Below, piece by piece: positions 47,586 to 60,985 of a stretch of DNA of 64,000 nucleotides. The notes beneath the pieces were generated by a model, which ran no database searches, was not told the DNA's origin, and saw only the letters and a list, made by a program, of their open reading frames with translations. Source of the stretch: Anthoceros angustus (Eukaryota; Plantae; Anthocerotophyta); NCBI GenBank assembly GCA_010909165.1, contig MU008150.1, positions 62,001 through 126,000 on the forward strand. The letters are read 5' to 3'. Made by a program: the position numbers and the translations under genes. Positions within the stretch are counted from its first letter, which is position 1, and each line of letters starts with the position of its first letter.

Positions 47586-48338
47586 TGTCCATGGGGAACT
47601 TGTACTGAATCGAAAAATGGATTTCGCTTTAGATCAGCATGCAATGAATTGCCCAGTCTCGCTGCTGAGCTCCAGCAGCTGCAACCAGGCGGTGTCATAT
47701 CTGGGGTTTGATTATGGGTTCAGCCCGCAAACAGGTGGGGCTTACACCTCAAATTTAATCAGTTTCGCACCCATAACACTATATGTCAGCCCGATATGTT
47801 CCTTTGCTGGGAAACCGCTATGGGATCTACGCTCAACCAGCGGATCTGGAGAGGGGGCTTTCAGGGTAGGCAGACCCCTGACTTCCCAACGGCTCCACCA
47901 CGTATTCCAAGGAGATGTTCCGCGGGATCGCCTCAAGATCCAAGCATATGCCCACACGGTTTCATCTGATAGGCCACGCAAGCCTCAGCAGCTTACGTCC
48001 GATTGCTAGGCATCTTCGAGCCTGTCATGATCTTTATCTGCTTAAGGATGTCAGTCAGTAAAACACGGAGACTGTGTCTTGCGGGCAGCTCCCGGTCCTA
48101 GAGGAGAGGTTTGCAGATTCTTTCCCTCGGTGCTTTCATAACTTTTACGTTGGCCGCATATTCGGTAGCACAGGCGTTGGCGCTCTGCACCTTGAGTAGG
48201 CAGAGGTTGTGTTGGGCTTTGTGACGGTGGAGAACCGAGATTGAGATGACTGGACTCTCTCCATTAGAGTTAGGGTTGAGGGAATACCCTTCCACTTCTA
48301 CCCGTTGCCGATGACCACGCTACGCCCAATTCGGAATC

Positions 48339-51208
48339 TCACACCAGTATATTCCGGAAGAAGCGCACCCCCTGACAGCCACGACAGTCTATTCATTTCA
48401 GTTGTGTCTTCTGAGGAAGCAATCAAACTCAGAATACGACCAAACACAGCACATCACCTGCAAGGCAAACACCACATCACTTTCATCGACCTGTAAAGAA
48501 ACTCGTCGAAGCCTGTCTTCCCGAGATGCACCCAGCTTCACCAATGCCTGCGGCAACCCAACACAGGACAGTCACGTCGAAATCGTTTCTTGAAGTTGAT
48601 GGCCAGCGAGGGGACACTCGCGATAGTGTGGTTCAGACCAAACAGGCCTGGTGAATGTACCTGGTCAGCCAGCACTCGGCACAGGCTTGAGAACTCCATA
48701 GCAGAAAGGGCAGGTATAGCAGTGCTCTTGCAGAACTCTACATACGATGCGTGCAACTGTTGACCCAACAAAACGGAAACATTACTTAGAACTCCCGCGT
48801 CCCAAGAAAGCACTAGTTGAAAGGCGCAATGCACTGAAACTGGTTACAAGACCGACCATAAGGTCTACCTGTCCGAGAGTGCAGTCTTTTTTGGCGCGCC
48901 GAAATAGACGGACAGCCGCGCACAGAACCATCTGGAATAAGGCAGGAAAAATCGTGAGCCAAAACTCAGTATCAGCACAAAGATGATCGTTAGAGTCAAC
49001 AAACACTACCTGTTGGTGCTGAGGTAAAGCCTGTATGGTTGTAACCACCGGGGACCTAAACGTTCTCGCCAAAGCCTTTGCCATGTCACTGATCATAACC
49101 TGCACCACACACAGCATCAAAAAATCAGGTCCGCCAGGTCAAATACCTTCGACCCAACCAACGTCTTGACGCAGATACCCTGATGTTCTCTTCCCTTGGC
49201 ATTTCCTATGAACGCATGAGAATACCCGCTATAGGGCAAGTAAAGCAAAGACAGACAAGGGTGCAACTCATTAAGCCCACCCTATGCTGAAAAATCCATC
49301 CTCCTACGGAATACAACAATTCTGATTCTTGCACCAACAGATTGTATTACAAGGCACCTTGTAGCCAGTATGCCCCGACGATGCTCCATGCGCAGGGTTT
49401 CCGGCTTGATTATGAACTGCATCACTTGTTGAGCACCCAGGTTCCGTGCATGTCCCCCTTTCTTCCGCTTCTTGTTCCACAGACTCGATTGCAAGTCTGC
49501 ATGAGTCTAGTTTGGTCAGTTACGTTTTCATAAAAACTGAGAAGCAAATAATCCATCAAACCTACAACAAAAAAACTAAGGTACAGATGTATCTAAAAGA
49601 GTACTGCTGAAGCAAGAAACTAGCACCTGCAAACATGCAGTGCTTGTCTCATATCCCCTGACGCTGCCGCAACTTTCTGCAAGTATCTACGTTATTAAGT
49701 GATGTCTCGTCACATTGCCAGTTGAAAGCACCAAGTCAAAGTGAATTCAACAAACCCAGAACATACCCTAGCACAAAGCTCCAAGGCCGGTGGGTCGAAA
49801 TACGTTACAGAGAGATCCTACATCCAGCAATTACCCACACCAACCTTTGAGCTGCAAATAGAAAAGGCAACAATGCATGCAAGAAATATGCCAGCCAATA
49901 CAACCCAGAACAAGTTACTAATTCTTTAAAAACCGTCCTTTCAGAAAATCATTTGCCCGAAGAACTCACCTCAAGCCTTTGCTTCAACACAGCCAATATC
50001 TGGTCGTTGGTGTAAGCCGAGAAAGTGATCACAACTGGATTGCCTACAAATAGAAAACCCGATTTTCGAATGCAGCACGAATGATATCTACAACATTCAA
50101 GCCACCAGACATAACAGTCTATAACAGGCACTTCACTCACAGTAAAGGGCATGAAGATTGGGGAGAAACCGTTCAGTCAGGTCAATTGCATTCGCAATAC
50201 CTGACAAGACAAGAAATGCAATAGTGTGAGCCACGCATTCCCTCTGAACAGAAGTTTTAACAGAATCTAGTCAGTCCAACACTAGAGCTGAAGATTTCTC
50301 TTATCAAAAGTAATAGATAATGCATTAGACAACACACTAGCTTACCAATCAAAATGCAGCGAGAATTGACAAGAGTTGACAAACGGAAAAGATCATAAAG
50401 TACCGATTGATCTTTTGTGATAAGGTAGTCAATTTCATCCAAAATTAAAAGCCTGTCAGGCGAACAGAGCGCATGTCAGTTCATGTCTGAAGCATCAGAT
50501 TGCTCTGATAATTGATTCATTGCAAACTTCACTTACAGCATTCTTCTCTGGCGGTTGTGTCCAGCTGTTTGAAACGTAGACAACCTCCGTATCTCTTGCA
50601 GACACAAAGCTGCACAACGCTGTAATTTTGCATTCTTCATCTGTTTCAGTACCTGAGAACCACAAGGTAAGAAACCAACCACAACACCAGGAGGCGAAAG
50701 CCAGATTTCGACAGGCAGTCTGCTTGGCAGGCAATATCAGAGACGCTTGCTGTACCTGTTCATAAATAAGCTCAGGCTTTGATATAGAGGAGCAGTTCAG
50801 AGCCACAATTTCTGGGGCTCCAGTCCCAGCCTGAGGGGCATTAGTTTCAACCGACAAAAGTCATTACCAGCATCAATGGCCACCCGTGCACCATCAGTGA
50901 GATAAGAAGACCAAGAAGACCAGCAAAGTTCACCCTACCTCTTCAGTCCACTGGCTGCATTCTGCCATCAACTTGTCCATGGTAAGGGATTTCCCGGTTC
51001 CTGGGCAGCCACTCACATATAGGCTCCCAGAGATTTGTTGCAGGATGCACTCTTTGCAAAACGTAGTCAGCTTTTCTTGCTCCAGCTCCCGACACAGCAT
51101 TGTGCGTGGAACAGCTGATAGGTGCAATGCTGCCTTGACAGCCTTGCTACTAGAAGTATCACCACATCCCATCCCTGCCGAGCTGCGAGATCCTTCCCAT
51201 CCCTTCAT
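48339..51208 (-). CDS. CDC6: Cell division control protein 6 (AAA+ replication licensing factor), multi-exon
   Basis: AVKAALHLSAVP, Walker A GSLYVSGCPGTGKS, Walker B DEIDYLITKDQSVLYDLF, FSAYTNDQI, FRSPVVTTIQALPQHQQ, and a final exon GVRFFRNILV* (stop at 48339-48341). 5' end uncertain. Confidence 0.9.
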
Positions 51209-51783
51209 GAAGGCGGGAGTAATACATCAGGCTACGAAAGCCATATTAGCTTCTCAAGACTGAAAGAACTAAGAACTTCAAAATCCACAGTCCTAGCATG
51301 ACTGTACAAGACAGAGAGGGAGCTGCAAGAACATCACCACACAGAAACACAGATTAGATAAACTGCGCAATATCAAACTGGAGGGTGTTCTGAAAAGCAA
51401 ATCCATCTACAACTCACTGGGGTGTGATGCACACAACAGACTTTGCCCGAAGACTAGAGACTGTAAGGTGTGCGAGAAATTGAAGACTGCACCAGAACCA
51501 CATTGCACTAAACCATTTATAAATATATTGTCACAAAGTGCACTTCCAAGAGCTTGATAGAGCCCTCGATTGTAAGCACAACATACAGAGCAAGTGTCAC
51601 AGACAATGATTCTGTCCAGTAAGGACCCCTGCAGGCATCTCTGACTAACTGTTACACTAATATGCTTCACAGACATTCAGAATCCTCAGTGCATATTCAG
51701 AAACTCACGGAGCACTAAGCTTTTGTACAGGCCCGACCAAGATGCCTTCTTTGCAGAAGGCACTTGCAGGCTCACACTGTTAT

Positions 51784-52932
51784 TTAAGTGTTTATACCTA
51801 CAGGTTCTGCTGATTGGGGGACTTCTCCTTCATGGCTCTTCTTCACCCCAAATTGTGGCACCTCATCTGCTTTAGGACCAGCTTTAATCTCGGAGCTTTT
51901 TACATCTACATCCACTCCATTAGCTTCGGCTTTAGGCAAGCGTTCAATCTGTTCACCGTTATTCGTTACATGTGAGTTCAAGTCAGTTCTAGGTTTGCCT
52001 TTACCCACATCATCAGTCTCTATGTCTGTCGGGTTATCCGCTCTGCTCACATCCAGTTCAACATTTCCCCCAAAAGCAGGTTGTTCTACAGGTTCTTTAT
52101 CAATCACCATATCTTTAGCCAATTCCCCAAACTCATTCGCCAGCTTTGATGCCTCCTCCTTAGACTCCGCACTTTCCACGACCTTCCCCTCTTCCTGCTT
52201 CTCACTCGACTCCTTGTGACCCGTCCCGTTAACTTCCTCATGAAGTTGCGGGGTCTGCGCTTCCTGCACCGTCGCACCGTCCTTCACACTGTCCGCTGCG
52301 GCCTCATCCTTGTCAGCCTCCTCCCCGCCGGCCTCCTCAGTCTTATCATGCATCACCACATCATTTTCTTTGGCCTCGCCAGACTGGCGCTTGGCCCGCT
52401 TCCCCACTGGCTCAGCCTCAGTGCTGTCTCCTGACAGCCTCGTCTGCGTCTTAATCAACCTTGCAGACCTCCTCGGCGTCTCCCCTGCAATGTTACATAC
52501 GTCAGCGAACAGATGAGCAAGAAAAGAAGAAACAGTGCGCGCTAGCGACGTCCCCCTACCCGTAGTCCAGTCAAAGTCGGAGCTTGCCGGGCCTCCAGGA
52601 TGCGCCTTCAGGTACTTCTCCAGCTGCCTTTTCGACTTTATCTCCTCCCCGTCGGGGGCCACATACACCACATCCTTCCTCTTGGGCGTTTTCTTCGCCG
52701 GGACCAGCTGAAATGCAGGAACAAGAGAGCCCCCGGGTTGAGCCAGCAAAGAATTAGGGGAGAAGCGCGGGCGCGCAAGAAAGAAGAGAAAGACAGCACC
52801 AACTCTCAGTCTCCCTACCTTCTTCGTCCAGCCTTCAGGGGCCGAGAGCTCCTCTCCTCCCACCGGCTTCTCCCCGGTGGGTGTGGAGTGCAGCTCTACG
52901 GCGGGGGCCACCCCCGCACCGGGACTCGACAT
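51784..52932 (-). CDS. Methyl-CpG-binding-domain protein, MBD10/MBD11-like; exons 52932-52819, 52707-52560, 52484-51784
   Basis: [10 protein letters not shown]|[50 protein letters not shown]|ETPRRSARL, followed by an acidic tail. GT-AG introns of 111 and 75 nt. Confidence 0.9.
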   Translation of the reverse strand: MSSPGAGVAPAVELHSTPTGEKPVGGEELSAPEGWTKKVGRLRVGAVFLFFLARPRFSPNSLLAQPGGSLVPAFQLVPAKKTPKRKDVVYVAPDGEEIKSKRQLEKYLKAHPGGPASSDFDWTTGRGTSLARTVSSFLAHLFADVCNIAGETPRRSARLIKTQTRLSGDSTEAEPVGKRAKRQSGEAKENDVVMHDKTEEAGGEEADKDEAAADSVKDGATVQEAQTPQLHEEVNGTGHKESSEKQEEGKVVESAESKEEASKLANEFGELAKDMVIDKEPVEQPAFGGNVELDVSRADNPTDIETDDVGKGKPRTDLNSHVTNNGEQIERLPKAEANGVDVDVKSSEIKAGPKADEVPQFGVKKSHEGEVPQSAEPVGINT

Positions 52933-54780
52933 GTGGCCCAGTTTGTGTGCTCCGGCTGCAACTTGCAGGAGACGGGAGCTGCAATCCTAGCACAAGGCCG
53001 AGCAAAGAGTGTCCAGGAGCAGCGCAGGCAGGCCGACAAGACAACGGAATTGTCCTTCTTGGTGATACAATTCAAGAAAGAAAAGCGGAGGCAGAAGCGG
53101 GCCTGGCGCAGAGGCGGGAAAAAGCGCCCACAAAGAAACAACCCACAAACCGGTTCCACCGACCGGTCGCTCACCCACGTAAAATTCCTCAACACCCCCA
53201 ACTCACTTCCCGCATTTTGAAACTGATACCTATGTACACAGGTACATGCATACCCACAGCAAATGGGTGGGTTTTCTTATGCGCAATGTAACCCACGACA
53301 TACATCGCCATGGCACCACCACCATCGCCATGTAGGTGCCTACTCCACATAGCGCAAACTCATTTCTCCATCGTAGAACCGTAGAACGCATGTTTTTATG
53401 ATTAAATCAAAATATTTAATTTATAAGTTCTATAGATATATAATATTTTATATAATTAAAGGGAGGTATTAATCTGAATTTTATATATAATAATAATCCA
53501 TATGAAATAAAAATAAAACTATGTCTCACTTATAGATAATCTAAAATGACTCAAGGAAGGTCATGTAGGATGTGGGTTTGTGTCGCGTAGTCTCGCTCCA
53601 CAGCTGCCGTAATAGGCAATGTCAATGCCTTCAAGATCCTCTTGTTGCTGGCCGTTGTCTAGGGGTCGACATCCCCTTGCTTTAAGTACAAATCGGCATC
53701 TACCTCTAGCATGGCGTCACGACAACTACCTCTACGTTCAGCTTGCTCATGGGCTACCATTGGAAACAGATGAATTCGAACTAGACCCTTGATGTTGCCT
53801 AGGGACCTATACCCTTGTAAATACTAGATTGAAACAAACGGAATACCTGTCACATCTCACACATATATGCTCTCACACAAGCAATGCCACGATGTTGAAT
53901 AGGGCGAGGAGTGTGAGGCTGATGCCTTGTTGCTTAAGCCTTAGTGGACAAGGCATGGACACACTGGAGGATGATCTGATGTGCTCAATTGCAACACAAA
54001 CACACAGAAACACAAGACTTCACTAGTCAAATACTACACACAAAGACAAATAACGAGTACACTTCATAGACTTCAAAGTTTAAATCTTGCCTCATGAAAC
54101 AAGGAAGGGGGGTCATGGTGCCTCATAGTTTCACTAAATCGTAGACCCAGCAAACCACTAGATTTCTTCCTACCCACTAGATGCGGACAGAAGCAATAAG
54201 GATTTTGGAGGTATGTAGGGCAACAACAAATAAAGCTATCAATATTTTTACGGTAAATATGTTTGTGAAGTCACTAATTGGCTCCCTTGCCAATGTGGGG
54301 GTCACATTGATCCCTAAGTCGTTGTTTGTTCCAAAGGGACCGTACTTGTGCCTAGTATATGGATTCACCTCTGCAAAATATCAACAAACCACCCCAAGCA
54401 CATACAAACACACACACAACATCTACTCAGCTCCTAACCTAGTGGGGTGACTCCCTCTAACTGCTCTCTCTCTGTCTCCTCCCATCACACACCCCACGAC
54501 GTTGTTTCCTAGGATGTCGTTAGGGGCGTCCTTAGGGACGTCAACGACAAGGTGAGGGACGTCAACAAAGGTATTGCCGATGTTAGCATTCCACACCTGC
54601 AATTACGTCATGAGGTGACACAGACCAAAGGGGGTTAGCGATACCTTGCCACGTCGTATGACTCTCCGCACACACATTTCCTAACAACTTCCGCACACAC
54701 AATGCTCCTAACCTCTACTCAGCACTCACCATGCCTAGAGACAAATCTTCCCCCACATCCTACCAATGCTCCAGTATTTA

Positions 54781-55291
54781 GTAGTGGAGTTTCAGGAGCT
54801 CACCCTTTCGGGGAGTTTCTCACCTAGACCAGCTCACTCCTAAATCAATAAACATCTTATCATCTTCCATTTTACAGCTTACATTTCACAATCTACAATA
54901 TTCCTATGATAGCCAAGGTGCCACGCTGCCCAAATTTAGGCCATCCACACACCTACCATCGTCCCGGTACTTGCCACACCTGCCGTGCAATCTTTGTCCC
55001 CGAACCCGTACCTAGTGGTGGAGTTTGAGCTCACCCTTTCTGGGAGTTTCTCACCTAGACCACTCACTCCTAAATCAATAAACATCTTATCATCTTCCAT
55101 TTTACAGCTTACATTTCACAATCTACAATATTCCTATGATAGCCAAGGTGCCACGCTGCCCAAATTTAGGCCATCCACACACCTACCATCGTCCCGGTAC
55201 TTGCCACACCTGCCGTGCAATCTTTGTCCCCGAACCCGTACCTAGTGGTGGAGTTTCTGGAGCTCACCTTTTCGGGAAGTTTCTCACCTAG
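54781..55291. repeat. ~230-bp tandem repeat x2.2 within an unclassified TE-like region (~53.6-55.8 kb)
   Basis: AGCCAAGGTGCCACGCTG at 54911 and 55141. GTGGAGTTT...AGCTCACC occurs three times. Confidence 0.9.
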
Positions 55292-57099
55292 GCCTCTCCT
55301 CTCCCACGTACATCCTTGACCATCAGTCACCTAGCTCAAATGCTCATGCAAGTACTTCAAATGCTCAAGGCATGCACCACAAGCCTCCGCGTCATTGGAG
55401 CCCACGTCCTCTCCGAGGCCCGCTCTCCTTATAGCTCAGCTCGGGTCTCGGTCCCGCTACACTCTCTTGCATTATGCTCCCTACACTTCACACACAAAGC
55501 CAGGCCGAGTCTTGTCACCCAGGCTACGGTCACACCCCTAGTGACATCAAGCTGCCCAAGTAGTGACCAAGGACAAGGAGCAAATCCTAAGGCTTCCCCG
55601 GGCCCCCCCACCCTGCCCCGCTCACCCCAAGCCCCAGCTCACCCTAAGCCTCACACCCTCCCCCACTTTCACCGGCGGGGTAGGCAATCAACACTCATCC
55701 TACCCTATCCTATAGAGAAAATGCAGCTAGAGGGTTAATTAAGGCCAAATCCTCACTCGGCGCCTGCTCCGCACTCTAAGAGGTTATAGTTATGGCGTCT
55801 TCCGCACACCCTAAGGCAAGCATGATTATGTCTTGCCTTTTTCCAGATTGAAAGGAAATGTCTCCACCACCAAGGAAAAGTCTCATCTAGCATTACAGGA
55901 AATTCGTTTTGCCTGTTGCTCAAGAATAAGTTCTGTACATTAAAGTAGTTTTTTAATACACAATCTGAATTGGAATATCACCCCCAGATTCAAACAACGA
56001 GTAGATTTTATTACAATATCAATTTAGGAGCGGGGCTTGCCTTGTAGGTGGGTGGGGAGCCATGCCATGATTGCTGATAGATAGGTGAGCTTAGTGGTAT
56101 GCACCAAATCCAGCAAAATTTGAGCAAATGCTCTTTAAATTTGCCACTTCGTAATCGTTCCGAGCAATCTGGGCTCATACCCTTTGCAAACAATTTAGGA
56201 TACGAGCCGCAAGAGTTTTCTTTACAACAGTGACCTTAATGCTAGCATGGATACTTATTTAAAGAGAACAAACATATATGCTTAGACTCAAGGACAATGT
56301 AAATGGGCAACCATGACGTGAATGGAGAGGCTAATACTAGTTTTAATGTAACCCAAACAAAGAAAAAATTTTGTCACGTCACCCGAAAAAAACTTCGCAT
56401 TTGATGGCGTTGTGCCCTTCAAGTCGGAAGTTTTGAGTCTTTTATTTTTAAACTACACATGGTTCTCTCTAACTTAAAGAATAGATCATTCCAATAGCGC
56501 TTGTTTTTATTAGTAGAACAGTGTTGGAAAAGAAATAATTGTGAGTTCAACCCGTTTTTATTGATGAAAGAGTCTTTGATACAACATTGTCATACACATT
56601 AGACATGCAGATAGAACTTTCCTCTGTATAGTTCATGAGATAGGTACAAGACTAAGACGGATGATCTTGCGAGCCACAACCATCTACTCCACACACATTT
56701 ACCAGATTTCTTGATGGCCCCTTCTAGATAGCCAGCTTTAATATTAAACATTCAGCATGAGAGTGTTCAAATTTTCTTGGAGCATAGTGTTTCAATTCAG
56801 GGTGTACTTGAGGGGGCTTTCTTCACTCATTTCTCTTTATTACAGATGACAATATATTATCTTTTAAACAGGTTTTTTTTATTATGAAATTGATCTTTGT
56901 GATATTAATCATGATAGGCCAACCTTTGGAACGTCGTCCACATGCCTAGATGAAGTAATTGCCTAGTTTTCCTTTCAAGGTGTGTGTGTGTCGATATTTC
57001 TGTCTAATATTATTTTTATTAATTCAATAACTAGATTAAGCTGCCTCCCATGTTTAATGAATTTTGTGGACTTGAACGACGTACTTCAGCTATTTGTCC

Positions 57100-57870
57100 A
57101 AAGCCATGCAGTGTCACACCGGGAGAAGAAGGGACCTTTGGGAATGGGTCAACTAGACCCAGCCGCCCGACAGCCTTAGGTTGTATGAGAAGTCGCCAAG
57201 CCACCGTAGGCACCTTTCTGCCTTCCCATAGACGGTGACCACACGAGAACTGGAGAATCAGCTCTTTCATCCCGTCCATATCCGCCTTTGATGGAACCCA
57301 CACAAAGATGTAATACCATAAGGTTGAAGTGAGAATGTGATTGACGGCTATCACCCTGGCTGGGGTGGAGAGCTGTAACACCTGCAGACCGTTCCTTAAG
57401 ACCACCGCTTTCCATGCACAATGGATGCTGAAAGCTCTCAGTCCGTTAGAGTGCCCGTGGAAAGGCTTTGTTTTAGCTAGGCTGAAGCCTGCCCATCTAC
57501 AGAAATCTGGGGGACAAGATCTGGGGTATATATTTTCCCCTCAGGTGATGTAGGCAGGCCCGGAGGCCTCACCGCTCTGGCACTCTATCCGGGCCAGCTT
57601 CAAGCGCTCGATCCGGCTCTGTAAGTGGTGTTTACCAGTCTCTAGGGCCCAAGCCCTGGCACTTCCCCCGTACGGTTGTGCTTTTGCCTGGATGCATAAG
57701 GCCCGTTCACGGATGCAACGATCCCAGCACATCAGGAATGCTGGATTGGAAGGACTTTCCGCTTTCAGACGCTTGTGGAATTTGGCGACTAAGTCTTGGA
57801 AGTCGGTGGAGGACATCACGGTTGACTTTAATGTCAGCTCCCAGTTATGTTGTGTCCAGGAGCACATCTG
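57100..57870 (-). mobile_element. L1-clade LINE remnant
   Basis: LSTPARVIAVNHILTSTLWYY...LWEG...VAWRLLIQPKAVGRLGLVD is the typical post-RT region of plant L1. The RT core is missing. Confidence 0.7.
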
Positions 57871-58074
57871 TGACGCCTATAGGGAAGCGACCGAAGCTGG
57901 AGATGCTCCTTCATTTGGAGACTTTGTGATGCTTACCTCTCACACCGACCAATGGGATAGGTTTTTAGCGGATTCCTTTCTGCTCCATCTGAGACCAACC
58001 AGAAACACACAAGAGCGAACACATGTTCTTTACGTGTGAATTCGCGAGAGCCAACTTTCCTTTCTCTCAAGCAA

Positions 58075-58305
58075 TTCTCTCCTGGAGAAGGGGAGAGATT
58101 TCGCTAGGTTTGGGAGCCAACAATTCCGCAGTTTTTCATTCTCTCCTGGAGAAGAGGAGAGATTTCGCTAGGTTTGGGAGCCAACAATTCCGCAGTTTTT
58201 CATTCTCTCCTGGATAAGGGGAGAGATTTCGCTAGGTTTGGGAGCCAACAATTCCGCAGTTTTTCATTCTTTCCTGGATCAGGGGAGAGATTTCGCCAGG
58301 TTTGG
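58075..58305. repeat. 64-bp tandem repeat x3.6
   Basis: GATTTCGC at 58097, 58161, 58225 and 58289. Confidence 0.95.
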
Positions 58306-59148
58306 GAGGTTGAAGGTCCCTCTGTGAAGCCTTGCTGTGCTTTCGCTTGGCCTCGGGGGCGCCTTCCCTCCCAGACGGGGTGCCTGCCCTCCTGCTTTCG
58401 TTGGTCTCTGTCTTTCCGTTGTTCGCACCCGGTTAAGTCTGGCAGTCCCCTTTCGAAAGGAGCTATTTGGGCACTTATCTGCCGTTCATGTTGTGCTCTG
58501 TGGTGCTGAGCTCACTCTATAATCTTCCGTTTTATAAAGCTCAGTCTTGACGTGAAAGAAAAGGGACCTTTGAACCGCTTCTACACGAAGTGCCTCACGT
58601 TCTGTCTAAATTATGTTATTGTTTTCCCGCTAAACTAATCTTTAAACCCTCCACACACGAGGTCGATTTTGTACCGATATCGATGCCGACGCGTTTTGAT
58701 GCAATCACGCATGAAGTAGTTGGCCCGGCCCTAAGCCCAAGGTTCCTCGTGCCTAGGGAGTCGACTCAGGTCAAGGATTCGGCACTGCGTGTCACGGTGC
58801 GATTCGGACACCACCCACATACCTTTGGGGAATTGGTGGGGAGAGAGCGATCCCATTTAGGCCAGAAGGGCGTTCGTAATAGGTAGATTAATATGTCTTT
58901 TCAGGCTCCGCGAAAAGTAGGCTACGCTAAACTTGATCAAGAAGAAAGAGGTAAAATGGCAACCAGCGATGGGGTTAGAATGTGGGTTTTGCAATGAACA
59001 GGGTTGCGTATTAGGCGTCACTCACAAAGCCCGCAACAACGGACCAAGCTGAAGTGTCCCCGGACCGGGACCAGGAAATGTTGCAGGGCCCCAGGGGAGG
59101 CTTCTTGTCTGCCTGTGAATGAGTGTTTCCAGGGGCTCAGCTGGGGGG

Positions 59149-60034
59149 ATGGCGGAATTTCAAGCACAGGACGGGTACTGGGGTCCGGTGACGTCCAGCA
59201 CGGAGTGGTGTGAGCAGAATTATGCAGTCTCCCAGTACGTTGCGGAATTCTTCAACACCGTGTCGAACGCCCCTGTCATCTTGCTCTCCCTCATTGGTCT
59301 CATCAACTCCATACGGCAAAGGTTCGAGAGACGATTCAGCGTGCTGCACCTGGCCAACATGGTGCTGGGTGTGGGCAGCATACTCTTCCACGGCACGCTG
59401 CAGCATGTGTAAGTCCTCGGACGACTGGTTGCTGCCATCCTCACCGTTTGTGTGCCAGCTCGTGCTGGATCTTTGCGTTAAGGCAGTAGCTGATTAGGTC
59501 ACATCGGACTTGTGTGTTGGCAGTCAACAGCAGAGCGACGAGACTCCAATGGTGTGGGTGATGCTGCTATATATCTACGTCCTCTACTCTCCGGATTGGC
59601 ATTACACCAGCACCATGCCAACCTTCCTCTTCCTGTATGGCACAGTTTTTGCGATTCTCCACTCGCAGTTTCGCTTCGTCTTAGGGTTCCAGCTACATTA
59701 TGTGTTTTTGGGTCTGCTCTGCCTCCCCCGGATGTATAAGTATTATATGCACACCACAGATCCTGCTGCAAGGCGGTTGGCACATCTATACATTGTCACC
59801 ACAGTTTTGGGAGCTGCGTTTTGGCTTGTGGATCGGACCTTGTGCAGGTTCGTGCTGGCATTGCCGGTGAACCCACAAGGGCATGCGTGGTGGCATGTGC
59901 TCACAGGCTTTAATTCCTACTTCGGGAACACTTTTTTGCAATTTTGCCGGGCTCAACAACTTAACTGGAATCCAGAGCTCCGGAAGTGTTTGGGCCTTCC
60001 CTATGTCAAGGTTACCAAGCCTAAGGAAGAGTAA
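59149..60034 (+). CDS. ACER: Alkaline ceramidase, 256 aa; exons 59149-59408, 59524-60034
   Basis: YWGPVTSSTEWCEQNY, EFFNTVSN, FHGTLQHV|QQQSDETPMVW, NPQGHAWWH. The in-frame splice gives 771 nt. Confidence 0.95.
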
Positions 60035-60985
60035 AGACAGACAGCAGCTACGACCACCTTGTATAGTCTCTATTGGGATTCATTATTTGAGCTACCATTG
60101 ATGTTTCTTTGTGGGGTGAGAGCGAGCTACTTCCAAGGGCACCACCAAACGGCAGTGCCCTTGGCTTCGTGACAACCAATGAAAATATTCCTCTCCACAC
60201 CTTCGGGATGGATTGATGTCATGTGGACCGTATGACGTGAGAGCTCCTCACCGAGTACTCTTGTTTTGTGGAGAGCAGACCGTCGCCTCGGTTTTGAGAA
60301 GGTTTTTGTAGAGCAGAGCAGAGCAGAGGCTATTCTATGATTTGCGTGTTTCTCTCTTGACTAACTATGTCAGCTGCAGCAGTCCTGGTAGGTAGTCAGG
60401 TAGTCATCAGGTAGTCAAATTGGTTGCAGCCGGAAGGTGATAAGGTCAACATTTTGGGGCACCAACGACAAATATTTGGTTGCTTGTATGTCAGAGAGTT
60501 TCCAGGATTTGACTGACCTTAGAGGCAATAAAAAAAACAGATCTTTCGAAGGTTAGTGTAAAAGGGTTGCTTCAGGGTCTTCAGAGTGTCCACGGACCAC
60601 CAGACGGAACCATGCCTCGAAGCTGCTGCCCCTTTGCTTGATAATAAAACATGCCGGACTGCTCTCGATGAGAATTCGGCATTGCCTTCCTTGATGAGAG
60701 GGTCGTACCTAGTAGCTTAAACATGTTATATGGCAGCCTCCATCCAGCTCGCTTCTTCAGGTGGGAGCCACCACTGAAATGCACCCCTCTTTGTCCCTTG
60801 CTGTGGGCGCTTTTTCATACAGTCCTGTCTGGACCACAATGACAGGCGGATGGCAGAGACATGCACCTTTCCTTGAATTGCCGGACTGTGTAATGCGGCT
60901 TACCAAAACCCTGGTGGGTGCATAAGCAGCTTGGATGAGATGAGAATCTCACTAACACGGTGAGAAGCAGAAGCCATCACTGACC

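Noticed and set aside
47742-48295. Small ORFs between the PPR gene and CDC6 (one with a KPCGH RING-like word)
   Set aside because: The remaining RING ligands are absent and the frames are interrupted; probably UTR/intergenic.
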